52,617 bases of DNA from Basidiobolus meristosporus CBS 931.73 (lineage: Eukaryota > Fungi > Basidiobolomycota): NCBI GenBank assembly GCA_002104905.1, contig MCFE01000616.1:1-52617 (forward strand). Reading direction: 5' to 3'. Below, piece by piece: positions 12,144 through 25,685 of the stretch; the stretch's first letter is position 1; each line of letters opens with the position of its first letter. Below the pieces are notes generated by a model. It saw only the letters and a program-made list of their open reading frames with translations, made no database searches and had not been told where the DNA came from. A program made the translations under genes and the position numbers.

Positions 12144-15100
12144 TTAATTTTTTGATGCCATTTCGATCTCATCGACAGGCGGCCTAGCACCACTGGGTGG
12201 CTGGGCCAGAGAGGCTTTGAGCTGGAGAACTGCTTTGTTGAAAGCAAAACTCAACACCTGGTTAAGCGGGCCTACCATGTTTAGCGCATAGATGACATAG
12301 GCAGCAACTCCGGTGAATACTGCCAATACGAGATTGAATGGGTTCATGAGGAACCAGAACAATGAAATAAACTCATTCCACCCCAAAACCATTATCAGCA
12401 TGATAACCCAATATGGAACGCGAGCAGTCGTAGCGACGACCGATCGCTTGGCTTCCAAGAATAAGGCGTCTGCCTCTTTCTTGAATCGGGAGAGAAGATC
12501 CTGCTGCTTTGCATTTGATAGAATCGTCAAAGTGCTGCCAATATCATATCCCTACAAACATGGCGAAATAAGCTCAAGAAAAGGCATGGCCCCATCAAGA
12601 AATTGCGAACTACCTCTGGGAAATAAAGCTCGGGTTCGAATTGAGCCTCGGTAATATCGATCTTGGCAAACAATGGCATCATTTGGATTGCCTAAGAATA
12701 GACAACAGTTACTAATGATATTGCAACATGTGCAGACAACTCCGCCAAACCTGCTCTTTAGCTTTTCTGAAGAACCCATCCATGTCATCTTCAGGCTTCC
12801 AAACTCTGGGCAAACCCTCGGCGTCATAACGGAACTTTTCTTCTAGCCTGTTGCGAAGCTTCAAAAGCATCAAATGATCCGCGGTCTCATCTTTGATTTT
12901 TTGGCAAAAGATCTCCCAAGAACGAACACGAAGGTTCTGAATAGATTGTTTCATTTCGTTGTCATCAGAATTGAGGCCTGTAGTGTGTATTAGTATCATA
13001 ACAACCATTGTGCGAGAGAGGAGATTCATTTACATCCAGCATGCTTGGCCAGCTTCGTTTCCGACTCTTCAGTGACTTTTCTAAAGGATTCCAAAGATTC
13101 CTTCCACATATCCGCATTGGCTCTGGTAAGGAAGATTGGAATCGTGTCGTTCAATTCGGTTCTGATATGTTTCTAAGGAGAATATGTCATATCAATACAG
13201 CGCTCATATTCGATGTTCAGTAATCGTGCTACCTCCAGTGAATTGACCAATTTTTTCATCTCATCCCGCTTTTGCGTTTGCGCAATTTCTTCTAAACTCT
13301 GATTCAGTTGCGCTGTCTCCTCTTCGAATGACCAGTCAGTCTCGGAAAGAGTTGCTGACCGAGCATTTTCTATGAAGTAACTCTCGGCCTCCTTCTTGGA
13401 ATTGGATACAATCGCTCCAAAGTCGTAATTGTCTCCCTTGAGTTTTTCCTAAACTCCAAGGTTAGTACACAGAGTCCCAACAAATCTGTGATTTGGGCTT
13501 GCTAACCTTGAGTGATCCGGTGAACATGGCAACAGCCTTCTTGTGGAGGTTCTTGAGTTGCCCAAGATATAGGATATGCAGTTGAGAATTCAATTTCTCC
13601 AGCGTTTCCTCTCGTTTACGCTGGTAAACCTCTTGGTGGTAGCGGCTGGCCTCTTTATCGAAGCTCGCTATATGCACGGATTCGAGGTTAGGCATGAGCG
13701 AGCGAAATTCAATCGAACTATACTAACTCAAAGCAATCTGACGAATCTCATTGGTACGTGAGCCTAAGCCCTCAAGAACACTACCCGCCTCAATGGGACG
13801 TCTAAATTCCTTGATGGCTTCGAGGAAAACGGCGAACGCAGCCTACCAATCGCGGAATTAGGGAAATATCAAGAGAACTAATGCCAGATTGCACTTACAT
13901 TAGCGATCTCATCACAGCGGTATTGGGCCAGCAATTCTTTCTGAGTGGGAAGATCGAGATCTCTATTGGTGACAATTTTTTCCTAGAATTGCCAGTTAAT
14001 ATTCTATTGATCGGTACAACCAAGCGAGTGCAAGTGTGAGTACCCATATTGCTTGCAAAAAGGTAGAAAATCCATCGGCTGGAATCATCTTGTGATAATT
14101 GGGCTTGAAGATGTACTCTGAGTCGGACGAATCGGTAAATCTAACAACAGTTTTGGGGTCAGACCACAATCGACAAGTGGAATACTCTCTGTTGTCTACC
14201 TTTTACGTAGAGCAGCCACGCCTTCGTCGAACTTTTGTGGCAAAAGAATTTTGTGTGGAAGCGCAGCAAAGGCAAAATCGAAGAAATCGGTGATCTGACT
14301 GTCTTCCAACCCCTCAGGCTGTCGAGTGAACTCGCATGAGACTACAATTTGTAGGTTCTTTTGATATGGTCAGCATACCTTTGCGAGTCCCGACCATAGT
14401 TTGGCCAAATCATTCTCCAAGGTGCTAGTTAAATTCTCTAGCGGAGTATTGCCGATGAAGTCTCGAATTACGAAAAACAAGAGAGTCTTTCCTTGTCCTT
14501 TTTGTTGGAAAAGTTGTAGGTTGACTTCAAATACGGTCTTGAGCAATCCCATATTGGCACCATTGTACAGCCCAATCATGTTCTCCCACTGGTTGATGAT
14601 GATGGCTTCTGCAGTGGCAATAGAAAATAGTGCACTTTTCCGTTCAAAATCCTAGGGGAATACTAATGAGTTGTACGAAAATGACATCTGCTTGCAACAA
14701 GCATACTTGATCTTCGCCACGTTCGCGACCATCGGTTCCTTCTACATCCATGACCAGAACTTTCATTCCTTGTCCACGACTAATCCAAATACCTGACAAG
14801 TGTATTTAGTAGGGAATATAGCGAGTTCACCTGAAGTGCCGACTTACGTACCTTTGGTGGTTTGTGCACGTTTCTTTTCGTCCATTACATCAAATTTGGT
14901 ACCAAAGAGATTGTTCAGTAAGGTACCTACGAGTTATATTTGTATTACTAAAGGTAACAGCTCGATCCTTCAAAAACCACATACTTTTTCCTGTGCTCTG
15001 GGACCCAAAGACAGCTACGACGTTATAATCAAAACCACTGTCGATGAGATCCCAATGCTCTCTCATGTATTGGTTTACTTGATCCCTGCATTGAGTTGGC

Positions 15101-15287
15101 AAGTAGGGTTTCAGATACGTCTTTAGAAAGTGATAGGTAAAATAAGACATATGTTCACTTACGAGAAGTCTTGGTTCTCATCAATAATCTGCAATTGAGG
15201 ATACGCATTTGTCGATGAGATATGAGTACTTTCCAATGGGGTAGCATCAGCTACACCATTTAGAGCTGGCGTGTTTAGGTTCTCCAT
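12144..15287 (-). CDS. SEY1: SEY1/RHD3 dynamin-like GTPase for ER membrane fusion; many introns
   Basis: [24 protein letters not shown] (P-loop), [65 protein letters not shown]-terminal TM hairpin [17 protein letters not shown]. Confidence 0.95.
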
Positions 15288-16634
15288 TAGAGATTCTATT
15301 GGTAAGAAAAGCTTGTACAATATAAGGACGGTGAGTCAAGCTTGATAAAGGAAGGATAAATTTGGTAATGAAAACATCATTATTGATATTGGAAGATTCG
15401 TGAATTTCTCTGGTTGGTGCACAATGCTAGTAGTATACTATAAACTTCGTGATCCCATGAGGGAGCATAGCCTTCCACACTGATGTTTCTACAACCACCA
15501 TTGCCGCTACGAATGCCATTCTCATGAGTGATGACTCAATAACACATTTCCAAACGAGCGCGTAGCATGATTTCAAACGTAGTGTAAATCCAGAAATAAT
15601 TTAGTTGTTGACATTGTCTCCGCATAACAAGCTAACTCTTTGAGAGTTTGTATCACCCTATGATGTATGTATGTGGAGAGGCCGAGGTTATTTAGGGAAA
15701 TATAATAAGCATACTTCACAGCTTACATAGACAAAACAAATGACCACAAATGAGGTAGACTAGGGTGTAGAGCTCCCGAATTCGATTTACTGATATTCTT
15801 GATTTTTGGCAGTCACATCTGCATTGCTCTGCATGATTCAAACTTGGAGTCGGCATGAGAAATTTGCCACGGAAGAAAATCTGGTTGTGAGAAAGGCTCC
15901 AGGAGAGCACTGTGATACCGATTGAAGCCCAAGTTCCTTGATATCCAGAATCAGCTCTACTTGTATCTGTATGCATATATGCACATATTTGATTAAGAAA
16001 GTTCTGGGATGCTGAACTTGAGTCATCATTATTAATTTACTCCACAACCACATAAAGCCCGTCAAATAGATTTCAATATAGCCACAGCATGAATAAAGCA
16101 AGTGGTAGATGTGTAGGTATGAGTAAGGGTGGTGGTGCGGAGTGGCTAGTGTATATATGCAGCAAGGAAACTAAACAACCTTGCAGTATATGCAATAGCC
16201 CTTTACGTTATGCAGATCGTCCGCACCTTACCATTTGTTTGATTCGTTCCTGGCTGTCAGAATGCCTCCGCCTTCTTAATTTTCCTTTATCACCACCATA
16301 TTTCACTTCTGACATTCCCTCTCTTTGATCATCTTTTTTCCTCTCTTGCCTCAGCCCCCTATTCTTCGGAATCAATCACCCACTCCAAATAGAGCATAGA
16401 ACAGTGAACATTTTTGCAAAAGGGTGGAGACCCTACCTTTTCGTACATACCCCACGCTGAACGAGTAAGTTTCTAGCGAGTTTTTTGTCCATCGCAACCA
16501 GCAAAGCTTTGGCATACCTATGTGTCAACAATCATGATAACTAACTAGTCGAACTAGGGAACATTATATAGATAGAGATTGAAGATATCGTCCTCTCTTT
16601 GTAATTACGACGCAAGCTCGCCAATATTCCCAAA

Positions 16635-19573
16635 ATGGTGATCAGCGCCATATTGAAAACTACCTGGAGACTCTTATGTATAGCACTCCTATTGATTAAT
16701 GCTTCGTTTGCTCAAGATACCCAGGTGCCGCGATTAAACGCTGTAGCATTCCAAGATGGGAGAACTATCTGGACATTCTCTAGATTCAAAAATTACACGG
16801 CATTTGTTAATGCTAATCCGCAAAGTCCAACTTACATACAGGAGCTCAAGGCCTCTATATTGCCTGATCTAGTTGTCGCCTACGATAAGAATCGGAACCT
16901 GCTGTTTCAAAGAGATGATTTCCCCCCGCTTTGGTCAGACGATCACTCCTTATTCGTGGCACTCCCTTCAGGAGATATTGGTTACTTCTACATTGAATTG
17001 GGCACAAATCTGTTGAATCTTCAACTGTATTCGATTGATGGAAAAAAGAAGAGGGAGAAAATAGCACTCCAGGATGTTATCACCTATTCAGCTGCAGTGA
17101 GTCTAGCCTCACCCACCAGGATCCTGCTGGCGTTTATTGACATTGACCCGAAGTCTGGGCCTTCTCTGAAGATGCAGATGTTCGACGACGAAGGGAGACC
17201 AATCGGCAATCCCTCCCTCATATCAAGCAACATCTTTGATGCGAATCAGAAGACCCTCTATCAGCCAAGTGTTTCCGTTTCCGCAACTGCTGATGGGAGC
17301 TTCTTGGTGAGTTGGCCTGGTAAAACTCGCAACGGAGATAATGTTCTTCGGGCTGCTTATGTATCGCCGGGTCAACCCATCAACAAGGCCTTCTTGGTGT
17401 CAACCTCAACTGCAAATACTGGCTTTATGAAGATCAACAAATGCGACACTTTGAGAGCTGGTGACGGCCATTACTGTATATACGAGGAATGGACTCCTCA
17501 AGGGGGCACTACTTGGGCGCGCGTGACATTCATTACGGTATTTTCGTATTCTGGTTCGGTTTATGATACCCCGACCAGACTCGGAAATTCAACCGAAGAT
17601 GTGAGCAAGGTGTTCTCACCTGCCATGAACATCGCCTTACCTTATGGTGGCTTGTTGGTCACCACCGACTATAAGGCTGATCCGGCCAATCCCAGTGCCA
17701 TGCCGGCAATATTTCTTTATGACCGTGAATGGAACCCCAAGCCCTACGATGGAAAAAACATCAAGAGCTATACGGTCTGTGTTCTGCCGAATAACACAGT
17801 GATCACCTTAGAGCAAGCCAAGCAACCCTCTGCACCAGTAAATCCCGCGGATTGGTTTATTCAACCTGGTTGGAGAGCAGTGCAAGAGGGATTGCCAAAG
17901 TTCCTCCCTGGTAAGTTGTGTTGGTTGTTGCCAGCGTACAAGGCCATTCTAATCAAAACTTTTCTTAGACTCGAAGTATGGTGATAATCCAGCGATCTCC
18001 TCCACTTACCCGGAACTGTACGGTATGATTCCCTTGAGCCTAGGGTATCTCAACATCACTTTCCTCCAAGAGGATTATCGGTTTGGCCTAGGAAACATCT
18101 CGATCTTTGACTCCAATTACCCCGACTATCCTCGTGAAGTCATCTCTGTGGTGCCCGATCCTACGGGACTGGGCAAGAGCTTTTCCATGAAGGTTTCCAG
18201 CTTCACTTTCAACACGCCAAACCATGACTACTTCATCACCATTGATGGGGGAACCTTCAAAAGCTCCTTGAACGAGCCATTACTTGGTATAGCAAAGAAT
18301 GTGTGGACCTTCACAACAGCAGCCGGTAAGATATCAAACAGAGTAACCGATTCGCCACACCACGCTAATGCTTTACTTCTCTGCTTATACCAGACTACAG
18401 TGAGCAAGGTAATTCTTCACGGTCACGTCAAGTTAGCAGAAATATCTAACAGCCCATCAATTCATTTAGCCGAGAAAGATGACGTGGTACTTCAGATTAG
18501 AGTTAAAAATGCCACCAGCCATTTCCGTGATCGTAATGAAGCTGCTCAGAAGCTGTCGGAGGATCTGTCATACTTCTTACCGATCGAAAAGGATAGAGTG
18601 ATGTCACGTTACCTCCGTACTGATGAGGTTGGTGAGATCTACCAGATCTCGCTGGTACGACTGCGGAATGGCAATGGTAAACGGATGGCAACGAAGCTTG
18701 CTGGAGATTTTCATTCAATGATCATGAAAAAGTCGACCAGTAACCTAATCGCCGGGAATGTGACTAGATATGTGGACCCAGAATTTGGAACCCTTTATGA
18801 GGGTAAGTGCAACCGCAACTTGCTAGCGAATTACTGCGAATCTCACATAATATTGAATCTATACAGAGAACATATTTCAAACCAACAAAGGGCCGCTAAT
18901 CGGGATCGTATGCTTTGTTGTATGCTTGATAATTTTCTATGTTTTCTGTCACCGCCGCTTCCCTGACAGTGATAACATGGTTATATTTGTCGTGGCTGTA
19001 TCATTATTTGATTTTATAGCCGACCTGCTCTTTGTGATTCTAAACAGCGGGGACATACCATACCTACAGGTCCCCTCCATCATCTTCTTCGTACTCCCGT
19101 TTGCCTTCAACATGGTGGCCTCCACAACGATAATAGTGAAGGAGGTCTCGTCGAACCCAGATTTCCGGGAATGGTTTTCCAAGCGAACATTGCTAACCAC
19201 GGGGATTTCGGTGCTCTCGGCCACCAATCCTGTGCTGTTGAATATTATGCGTTCTCGATTTGCTGGTCTGAACGAACTTAATGCTCCGTTGAGCGAGCGC
19301 GTATCCCGGTGGATCTTGTATTGCACAGCAGCGGATATTATTATCGAAGACATCCCCCAACTGATTATCCAAACCCTTTACAAAACAAACAATGGCTTCT
19401 TCAAACTGGTGCCCTTCCTGTCGATGGTGTCCAGCTGCCTGGGTATCCTCTTCTCGATCATTGCCCACATTTACAACCACGTAGCATACAAGCAGAACAT
19501 GATGGTCCGCAAAGAAGAGACCAGAGTGGAGTTCCAGGATGACGAGTATAAGGCAACCAAGGTGTACATGTGA
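16635..19573 (+). CDS. Secreted-ectodomain, multi-pass membrane protein (signal peptide, large N-terminal region, Ig-like module, ~6 TM); paralog A; 4 exons
   Basis: Exons ~16635-17910, 17969-18325, 18470-18801, 18866-19573 join in frame at GT-AG introns; signal peptide; NP.ISSTYP...STFNTP..DYFITIDGG.F...EPLLGI..NVWTFTT Ig-like block; TM region with EDIPQLIIQTLY. Confidence 0.85.
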
Positions 19574-20948
19574 ACTCGGCAATGATTTGATAGCAATTAC
19601 CCAGAAAACTATACTTATTGTACCTCTATCTCTGGCAACCATGATCAACATACACATACATATACACACACACACTCGTTAGCGTGTGGAATAGAAAACA
19701 GTTGATAGGCTCTTGCGTTGGCCAAATACCTTGGAACGCGGACATCACGCGGCTCTTGTCTGCTTTCAAAATCCACCAGGATCATGCAATATGACTTTGT
19801 TGAGAAGTCGCATGAGACTTAATCGAGCCGACGTATTTCGCGCCAATACTCCTATGTACCCATAAATTAGCGTAAATTTAGTAATTTTTTGATATCTTCC
19901 CCATTTTTCCCTGGTTGTTTGAGTAAACACGAGAAATTATGTCAGTAATGAATGAAATTAATTTCTCTAATTAGCGAATCGAGCCCCACCATCCAGACCC
20001 ACCAATCACCGTGGGACCGAGTTAATTTCCCCCCTCCAAAATAGGCAGTTCATATATGGACATTTCAAATAACCTTTGTTGCGGGCGGAAATAGAAATGG
20101 GGTCCCCTCGAGGTGGTAGCCAAAAGTACGTTTGGGTCGGATCTTACCTCTCACTGCGTCCCACCAGAAACCGGTGGTGTGCGGAGGAGTACGAGTTGAT
20201 ACCGGTATCCCTGAAGGGCAAAATCTCTACCGCATGAGGTGGACGGCAGGAACAGGCTGCACCAAGAGAAAGGCAACGAGGAAAAGCCCTGAGCACGTCA
20301 TTTGACCACCCAGCATTATTGCAGCCGTCTCTTTTGGGGAATGGTCGATCAAGTTCGCATCGTTCGCATTATACACTCGGACGTAATGTAGCACACATCT
20401 ATGCGACGTTTGTTCTAGAGATCGCCAAGGGGGAGTTATTTTTAGTGCGCTGACACTGCATTACGGGATTTGACCACCCATCGAACCCTCTAGGTCCAGC
20501 AGTGGGAATGGGTCCTCCCAAGTTCACGGTCAGGGCGTAGGGAAATACCGGTCTTCTGATGTGAGCAGACGAGCATATTAGCATCGTCGATTCAAATGGC
20601 GGCCAATCTATATTATTCGAGCACCCCAGCCAAAAAATGAATGCCATATTCATCAAGCAGGACAACCATCCCGGTTAAGCGAATAATCACCTCCTAGATA
20701 GACCAATTCTAGAGCTGGCACTTCAGAACATTCATTCCATCAGCCTTGAGGTGTTTGCGCCGTCAGTTTGTATACCATTACACCTGATATGATGGACGGG
20801 TCGAGATCTAGTCCTCCCACGTCAGGGATCACGGATCCCAATTGGAAATAACCTTTCGGCCGGATCGAGTCGAAAGAATTCCTTTAAATAGCGGGCCGCG
20901 CTCTGGAGTAGACCGTAGTTTCCAGATTTTTCCTTCCCGCATCCACTC

Positions 20949-22582
20949 ATGACCAATTTATCTCTGCTGGCCCTTTTAGCCACCGCGCTAAGCTTAGCTT
21001 CTGCCCAGGTGGAGAAGGGCGGTCAATGGGATCTCATCGGACATTCCGGTGTGTCGGCCATGCATATGGCGCTAACCCATACCAACCACGTGATCATCCT
21101 GGATAGAGTCCAGAGGGCCTCGAAGATTTACCTGCCCACCGGGGAATACGCATGGGGCACCGAATACGACCTAGAAACCAACACAGTCAGACCGTTGAAC
21201 CTGAAGAGCAATACGTTCTGCTCGGCAGGTGGTTTCCTCGAGGACGGGGTAAGGGACAACCGTGGGCGATCACATGATATCCAGGCACTAACCACCCATT
21301 TTTTCCGCAGACCTTGATCAACGTAGCTGGCTCCCAAGGGCGTCGCAAGATCGAGGAAGGCTTCAACGGGATCCGCTCCTTCAAGCCCTGCACCGACAAG
21401 TTCTGCGACTTCAACCAGGACTTCAACGTCACCCTCCACTCGAAGCGCTGGTACCCGACTGTGGAGAACCTGGCCGACGGCCGTCTGTTCATCCTGGGTG
21501 GGTCCAGCACCACCTGCGCAACCAACAGCAAGGAGATCAACGTTCCCTCATTCGAGCTTTACCCACACCTGCCTGAAGACCCATTCCAAGGGGAGAAGCA
21601 TTTCCAATTCATGGAAGACACCTTGCCCCACAACCTCTACCCCGCCGTGCACCTTCTCCCCGACGGCAACCTGTTCATCTTCTCGAACACCCGCTCGGTC
21701 ATTCTCGACACGAAGACCTGGGAGATCAAGAGAGAGCTCCCAGAGATCCCAGGCGGAGTCCGTACCTACCCCTTGACCGGCGGCTCCATCTTGTTGCCCC
21801 TGTCTCCAGACAACGATTACCAAGCGGAGGTGTTGATTTGCGGAGGCAGCACCCGCTACTGGAAGAAGAGCCCCGGATTGAAGACCTGCGCCAGAATCAA
21901 CCTCGACGAGCCAGATGCCAAATGGGAGCTGGAGGACATGCCAATGCCCCGTGTGATGCCCGATCTGTTGGCGCTTCCCGACGGCCGGATCCTGATCGTC
22001 AACGGCGTGGAGATCGGGACCGCTGGATTCAACCGCGCTCAGGTTCCCACCTTCAGCCCCGTCGTCTACGACCCCAGTGCCCCCAAGGGACAACGCTTCT
22101 CCACCTGGAGTCCATCGGCCATCCCTCGTGTGTACCATTCCACCGCACTTCTCATCCCTGACGGACGTGTCTTCGTCGCCGGCAGCAACCCTAACGCTGA
22201 TGCCCTTTGGGAGAAGGTGGACTTCCCAACCGAATACCGCGTGGAGGCCTTCAGCCCCCCATACCTCTTCGCCGACCAGCCAAGACCAGTCATCGAGAGC
22301 ATGCAGCAATCCGTCAAGTACGGCGAGGAATTCGACATCGAGATCCAAACCTTCGGCTCCGACCCCGACATCGCCGTCACCATGATGCACAGCGGCTTCG
22401 TCACCCACAGCACCCACATGAACCATAGAGCAGTGAAACTCGACGTGGTCAGAAAGACCGGTGGCAAGGTCACCGTTAGAGCACCCCCTCGCCCGGCCAT
22501 CGCACCCCCCAAGTACTACATGGTGTTCGTGCTTGAGGATGGCATCCCATCGGTCGCCAAGTGGATCCAGCTCAAGAACTAA
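20949..22582 (+). CDS. Copper radical oxidase (glyoxal/galactose oxidase family, CAZy AA5), secreted; 2 exons
   Basis: Signal peptide; intron 21249-21310 joins FLEDG|TLINV; all cofactor residues present: SNTFCSAG (Cys), RWYPT (Tyr), RVYHSTA (Tyr, His), FVTHSTHM (His); C-terminal DUF1929-like domain. Confidence 0.93.
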
Positions 22583-22818
22583 GAAGCCACCCGAAGGAAC
22601 GGAACCCCCGCTGTAATATTAACATGTATACCTCGTTTTTGACCACCCAATACCTATCCTATGACTACCCCGATTTTGACCCAAGGCAAGGCCTATGTTT
22701 ATCCCATCCGACAACTAACCCCAACTATCCAGTTCTAGTCAGCGACAATAAAAGCTAGATCTTCGAGTTTATTGGAAGGGGATATGTGGTATCTATCTGT
22801 AGCTAGGTGGTGTGGTAT

Positions 22819-23229
22819 CTATCTACTAGTCATAGGTGGTGGTGGTGGCTGGTTTGGGTTCAGGGCTTGTGGATTTCCACCTCGACACCGAGCAACTTCG
22901 AGCATTCCAGCAGCTTCTTGCAGCCCTTGACTGAAGATCTCTTCCTGGATGACTTCCTTGGATTCGAGGAGGATCATCTTGCCACGAGCCATGTCCACCT
23001 TTCCTTCCTTGCAGGTGATCTTGAGGCCCTTGAGCAACTTGGGCTTGTTCAGCGTGTGGAAGATCTGCTCGCACGTCTCCTTTTTCAAGGGGTGGGCGAT
23101 TTCGGGCTGGACTGGTGGCTGATGAAGGCGGTCTTTTCCGAGGTTGGCCTTCAGCAGATTGATGGAGGTGGCGTTGGCCAGGAGAGCCGAACCCAAGAGA
23201 ACCATAAGAGAGCAGACCTTGAAGTGCAT
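22819..23229 (-). CDS. Small secreted protein of unknown function (136 aa)
   Basis: MHFKVCSLMVLLGSALLANA signal-like N-terminus; TATAAATA on the minus strand ~75 nt upstream; GC3-rich codon usage like neighbouring real genes; C-terminal poly-Pro. Confidence 0.65.
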   Translation of the reverse strand: MHFKVCSLMVLLGSALLANATSINLLKANLGKDRLHQPPVQPEIAHPLKKETCEQIFHTLNKPKLLKGLKITCKEGKVDMARGKMILLESKEVIQEEIFSQGLQEAAGMLEVARCRGGNPQALNPNQPPPPPMTSR

Positions 23230-23937
23230 GTTGTGTGGCTGTGGTTGGTAGAATTGCTTTCCGACGATGGAATGATGAATTGGGTGGTCGGTCGGGGTTG
23301 GTTTATTTATACAGATGGGCATTCGGTAGGGTGAGCGTGGTTGGCAACAGATATGTGCCTGGTGTTGGTGATGACCAAGAAGTTTGGTTTCGTCACTAGT
23401 CTACATTAGTGCCAACGCACATGGGATTGGTTTCGAATGGGGTGCAAGTCTATTGCTTTTCATCGCAGGTGCCTGCTTACGCTGGTTACATCCACCGCAA
23501 TCCCTTCGATTCGCATGATCTCGATTTTTCTGCACCTGGTACGTGTTGTCGGCAGGATGGATCAACCAGATTCATATGATTACACATTCCACTGTATGGT
23601 CGCCTGGTTCGGTCAATTCGATGGCCACTGCACTTGTCCATCTCGACCTGGACCCTAACCCTGACTCTCGTCCTTGCCAGAGTGTTGCTAAGTCTGAAAT
23701 GACCTAATCCGGACTGCTCTCCTTCGTCGATGGTGCCACCCATTGCCAGAGGGTTGCGGATATTAGTGTCGCATGCATACCAGGCAGTTGATCTAAAGGA
23801 CGGAAAGGCACACCGACAAATCCCCTTAGCTACTGGAACAATTGAATGGATGCACCAACGGCCAGCATGAAGTGTAAACCGATATAAATTCTCTCCCAAG
23901 GGGACGACTGACTATTTTATTTGCCAATCACAGGGCA

Positions 23938-25277
23938 ATGCTCTTCCTGACAATACATCTATGGGCATTGCTGTCCTCAGCACAAGCGGGGACCCAGCTC
24001 CGACCCGGCCACCACCAACAGTGTGAATTACCAGCAGCCAAGCACTACGCGGCTCCATTTGTATTGCAACCACCGGTCATCGACGGCCGGTTGGATGATC
24101 CGGTCTGGATGAACGCCAGGTATACTGACGATTTCCAAGACCTAGCGCACCCCACTGCGGCGGTACCAACAAGCCTGCTGACGAGGACCAAGGTAGTGTC
24201 ATAACTAGTCGCACCTCTAACCACAGCAAACCCAACGCTTTCCCCTGGGTTGCCTGGGATGATAAGTTCGTTTACATCGGCGCCACCCTGTTTGACCCGT
24301 TCTTGTCGGCCAACGTGACGGAACGGAACCAACCCAAGGACCAAGGTAGATTACTACAAGTTCCTCCGATTTACCACCCGAAGAACTTCCACTCACCCAC
24401 TTGTCCAAAACCCAAGAATTCGTTGACAACACCTTCGAGATCTTCATTGATCCGGACCGCACAAATCAGAACTATAAACGGATTCAGGTCAATCCGTTGG
24501 GTATCGTGAGGACCGCCCAATATACAAAGCCGGAAACGGACGGGGGGAAACTTTCGAGCTGGAATTTAGGGCCTGAGTTCCAGGTGAAGGTGTATACGCC
24601 GGAAGAGGTGCGCATCATCCACGACCCTGTGCAGATCATGAACTCGAACCCCGAGCTCAGCTCCTTCTGGTCGGTTGAAATGGCTATACCGGTGGCGAGC
24701 CTCCGAACCTCCAGGAAGAGGGCCCCCTCTAGTCAGGGCCCATACTCGGGGTTTAATTTCATGAGGTAGGCATATCGTCCAAGACCCAATCTCCCCGGGA
24801 TACTCTAACCCAATTTGACAATGTAGAACCGGTTGGCCACCCAAGACTGTCAACAACAACAACAACAACAACGACAGAAGACGGCGGAGACGTGTGAACG
24901 TGGAGCTTTTCGAGCCTCGGTATCAGCTCGTATGGAACCGTGGGACGAAGGCATTCCCAGGAACAATCGCCAACCCTGATAGCTGGGGAACAAACTACTT
25001 CTCCCAAGAGACCCACGACGCTTGCTTCAAACCGGACCCACAAGCTACCCTACGCTACCTGCTTTCCAAAATCTATCATGCCCAGTGGGCCTACCATAAT
25101 GTTCACGGATACTTCGCCTCCTTACCTGTACCAGGTGCAGCCCTGACGAACTGCACGTCAGCCCCCCATCCCCATATATCCATTGATTATGCCGGAGCGG
25201 GATTTCAGGCATCGGTGAGCTTGGACAGCGTCGTAGGCTCGATACGCCAGGATAGGTTCATCTCATTCAACCACTGA
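23938..25277 (+). CDS. Secreted CBM9-like/DOMON-fold carbohydrate-binding protein; ~4 exons; first acceptor non-canonical or damaged
   Basis: Signal peptide; PVIDGRLDDPVW, TKVAWDDKFVYIGA, DNTFEIFIDPD, WSVEMAIP, NFMRTGW, ATLRYLL.KIYHAQ, as in CBM9-like family proteins. Introns inferred at 24193-24248, 24346-24416 and ~24766-24826. Confidence 0.72.
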
Positions 25278-25685
25278 AGACATACTTCACCACTATTTGA
25301 TAATTATTATTGGAACATCTCGATATTTTTGATAAATACTCGCCATCAGCATGGTCACACCATAAACACTCCAATACTAGTGGATGGAATACAGACGAAT
25401 CAGGAGGGGCGACGTAGCTTTGGTTGGCATGTTTATTTGTCCCGAACATCCAGTTGTACAAATGGGGTAGGAGAGGTTGTGGAAACAAACCACCAGCGTA
25501 AATACAGGGTTGGTGGGAGCGGTTACAAGGAGCAGTGTGCGATTACCCAAATGATTTTATTCACTGGGAGTCATGTGTGTGTGGGGGGGGGGAGGGGGCA
25601 GAGAACAACAAAATATTTCTATGATTACATGAAAGAGAAGAATTCGCAGAATAAGGATTCTATGAAATTAGTAAGCGTACGCACT

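Noticed and set aside
19650-19677. (CA/TA)n microsatellite downstream of membrane protein A
   Set aside because: Ordinary short imperfect microsatellite.
20097-20237. Possible spliced 32-aa micro-ORF with a GTACGT donor
   Set aside because: Intron would be only ~42 nt, there is no recognisable peptide, and no independent support.
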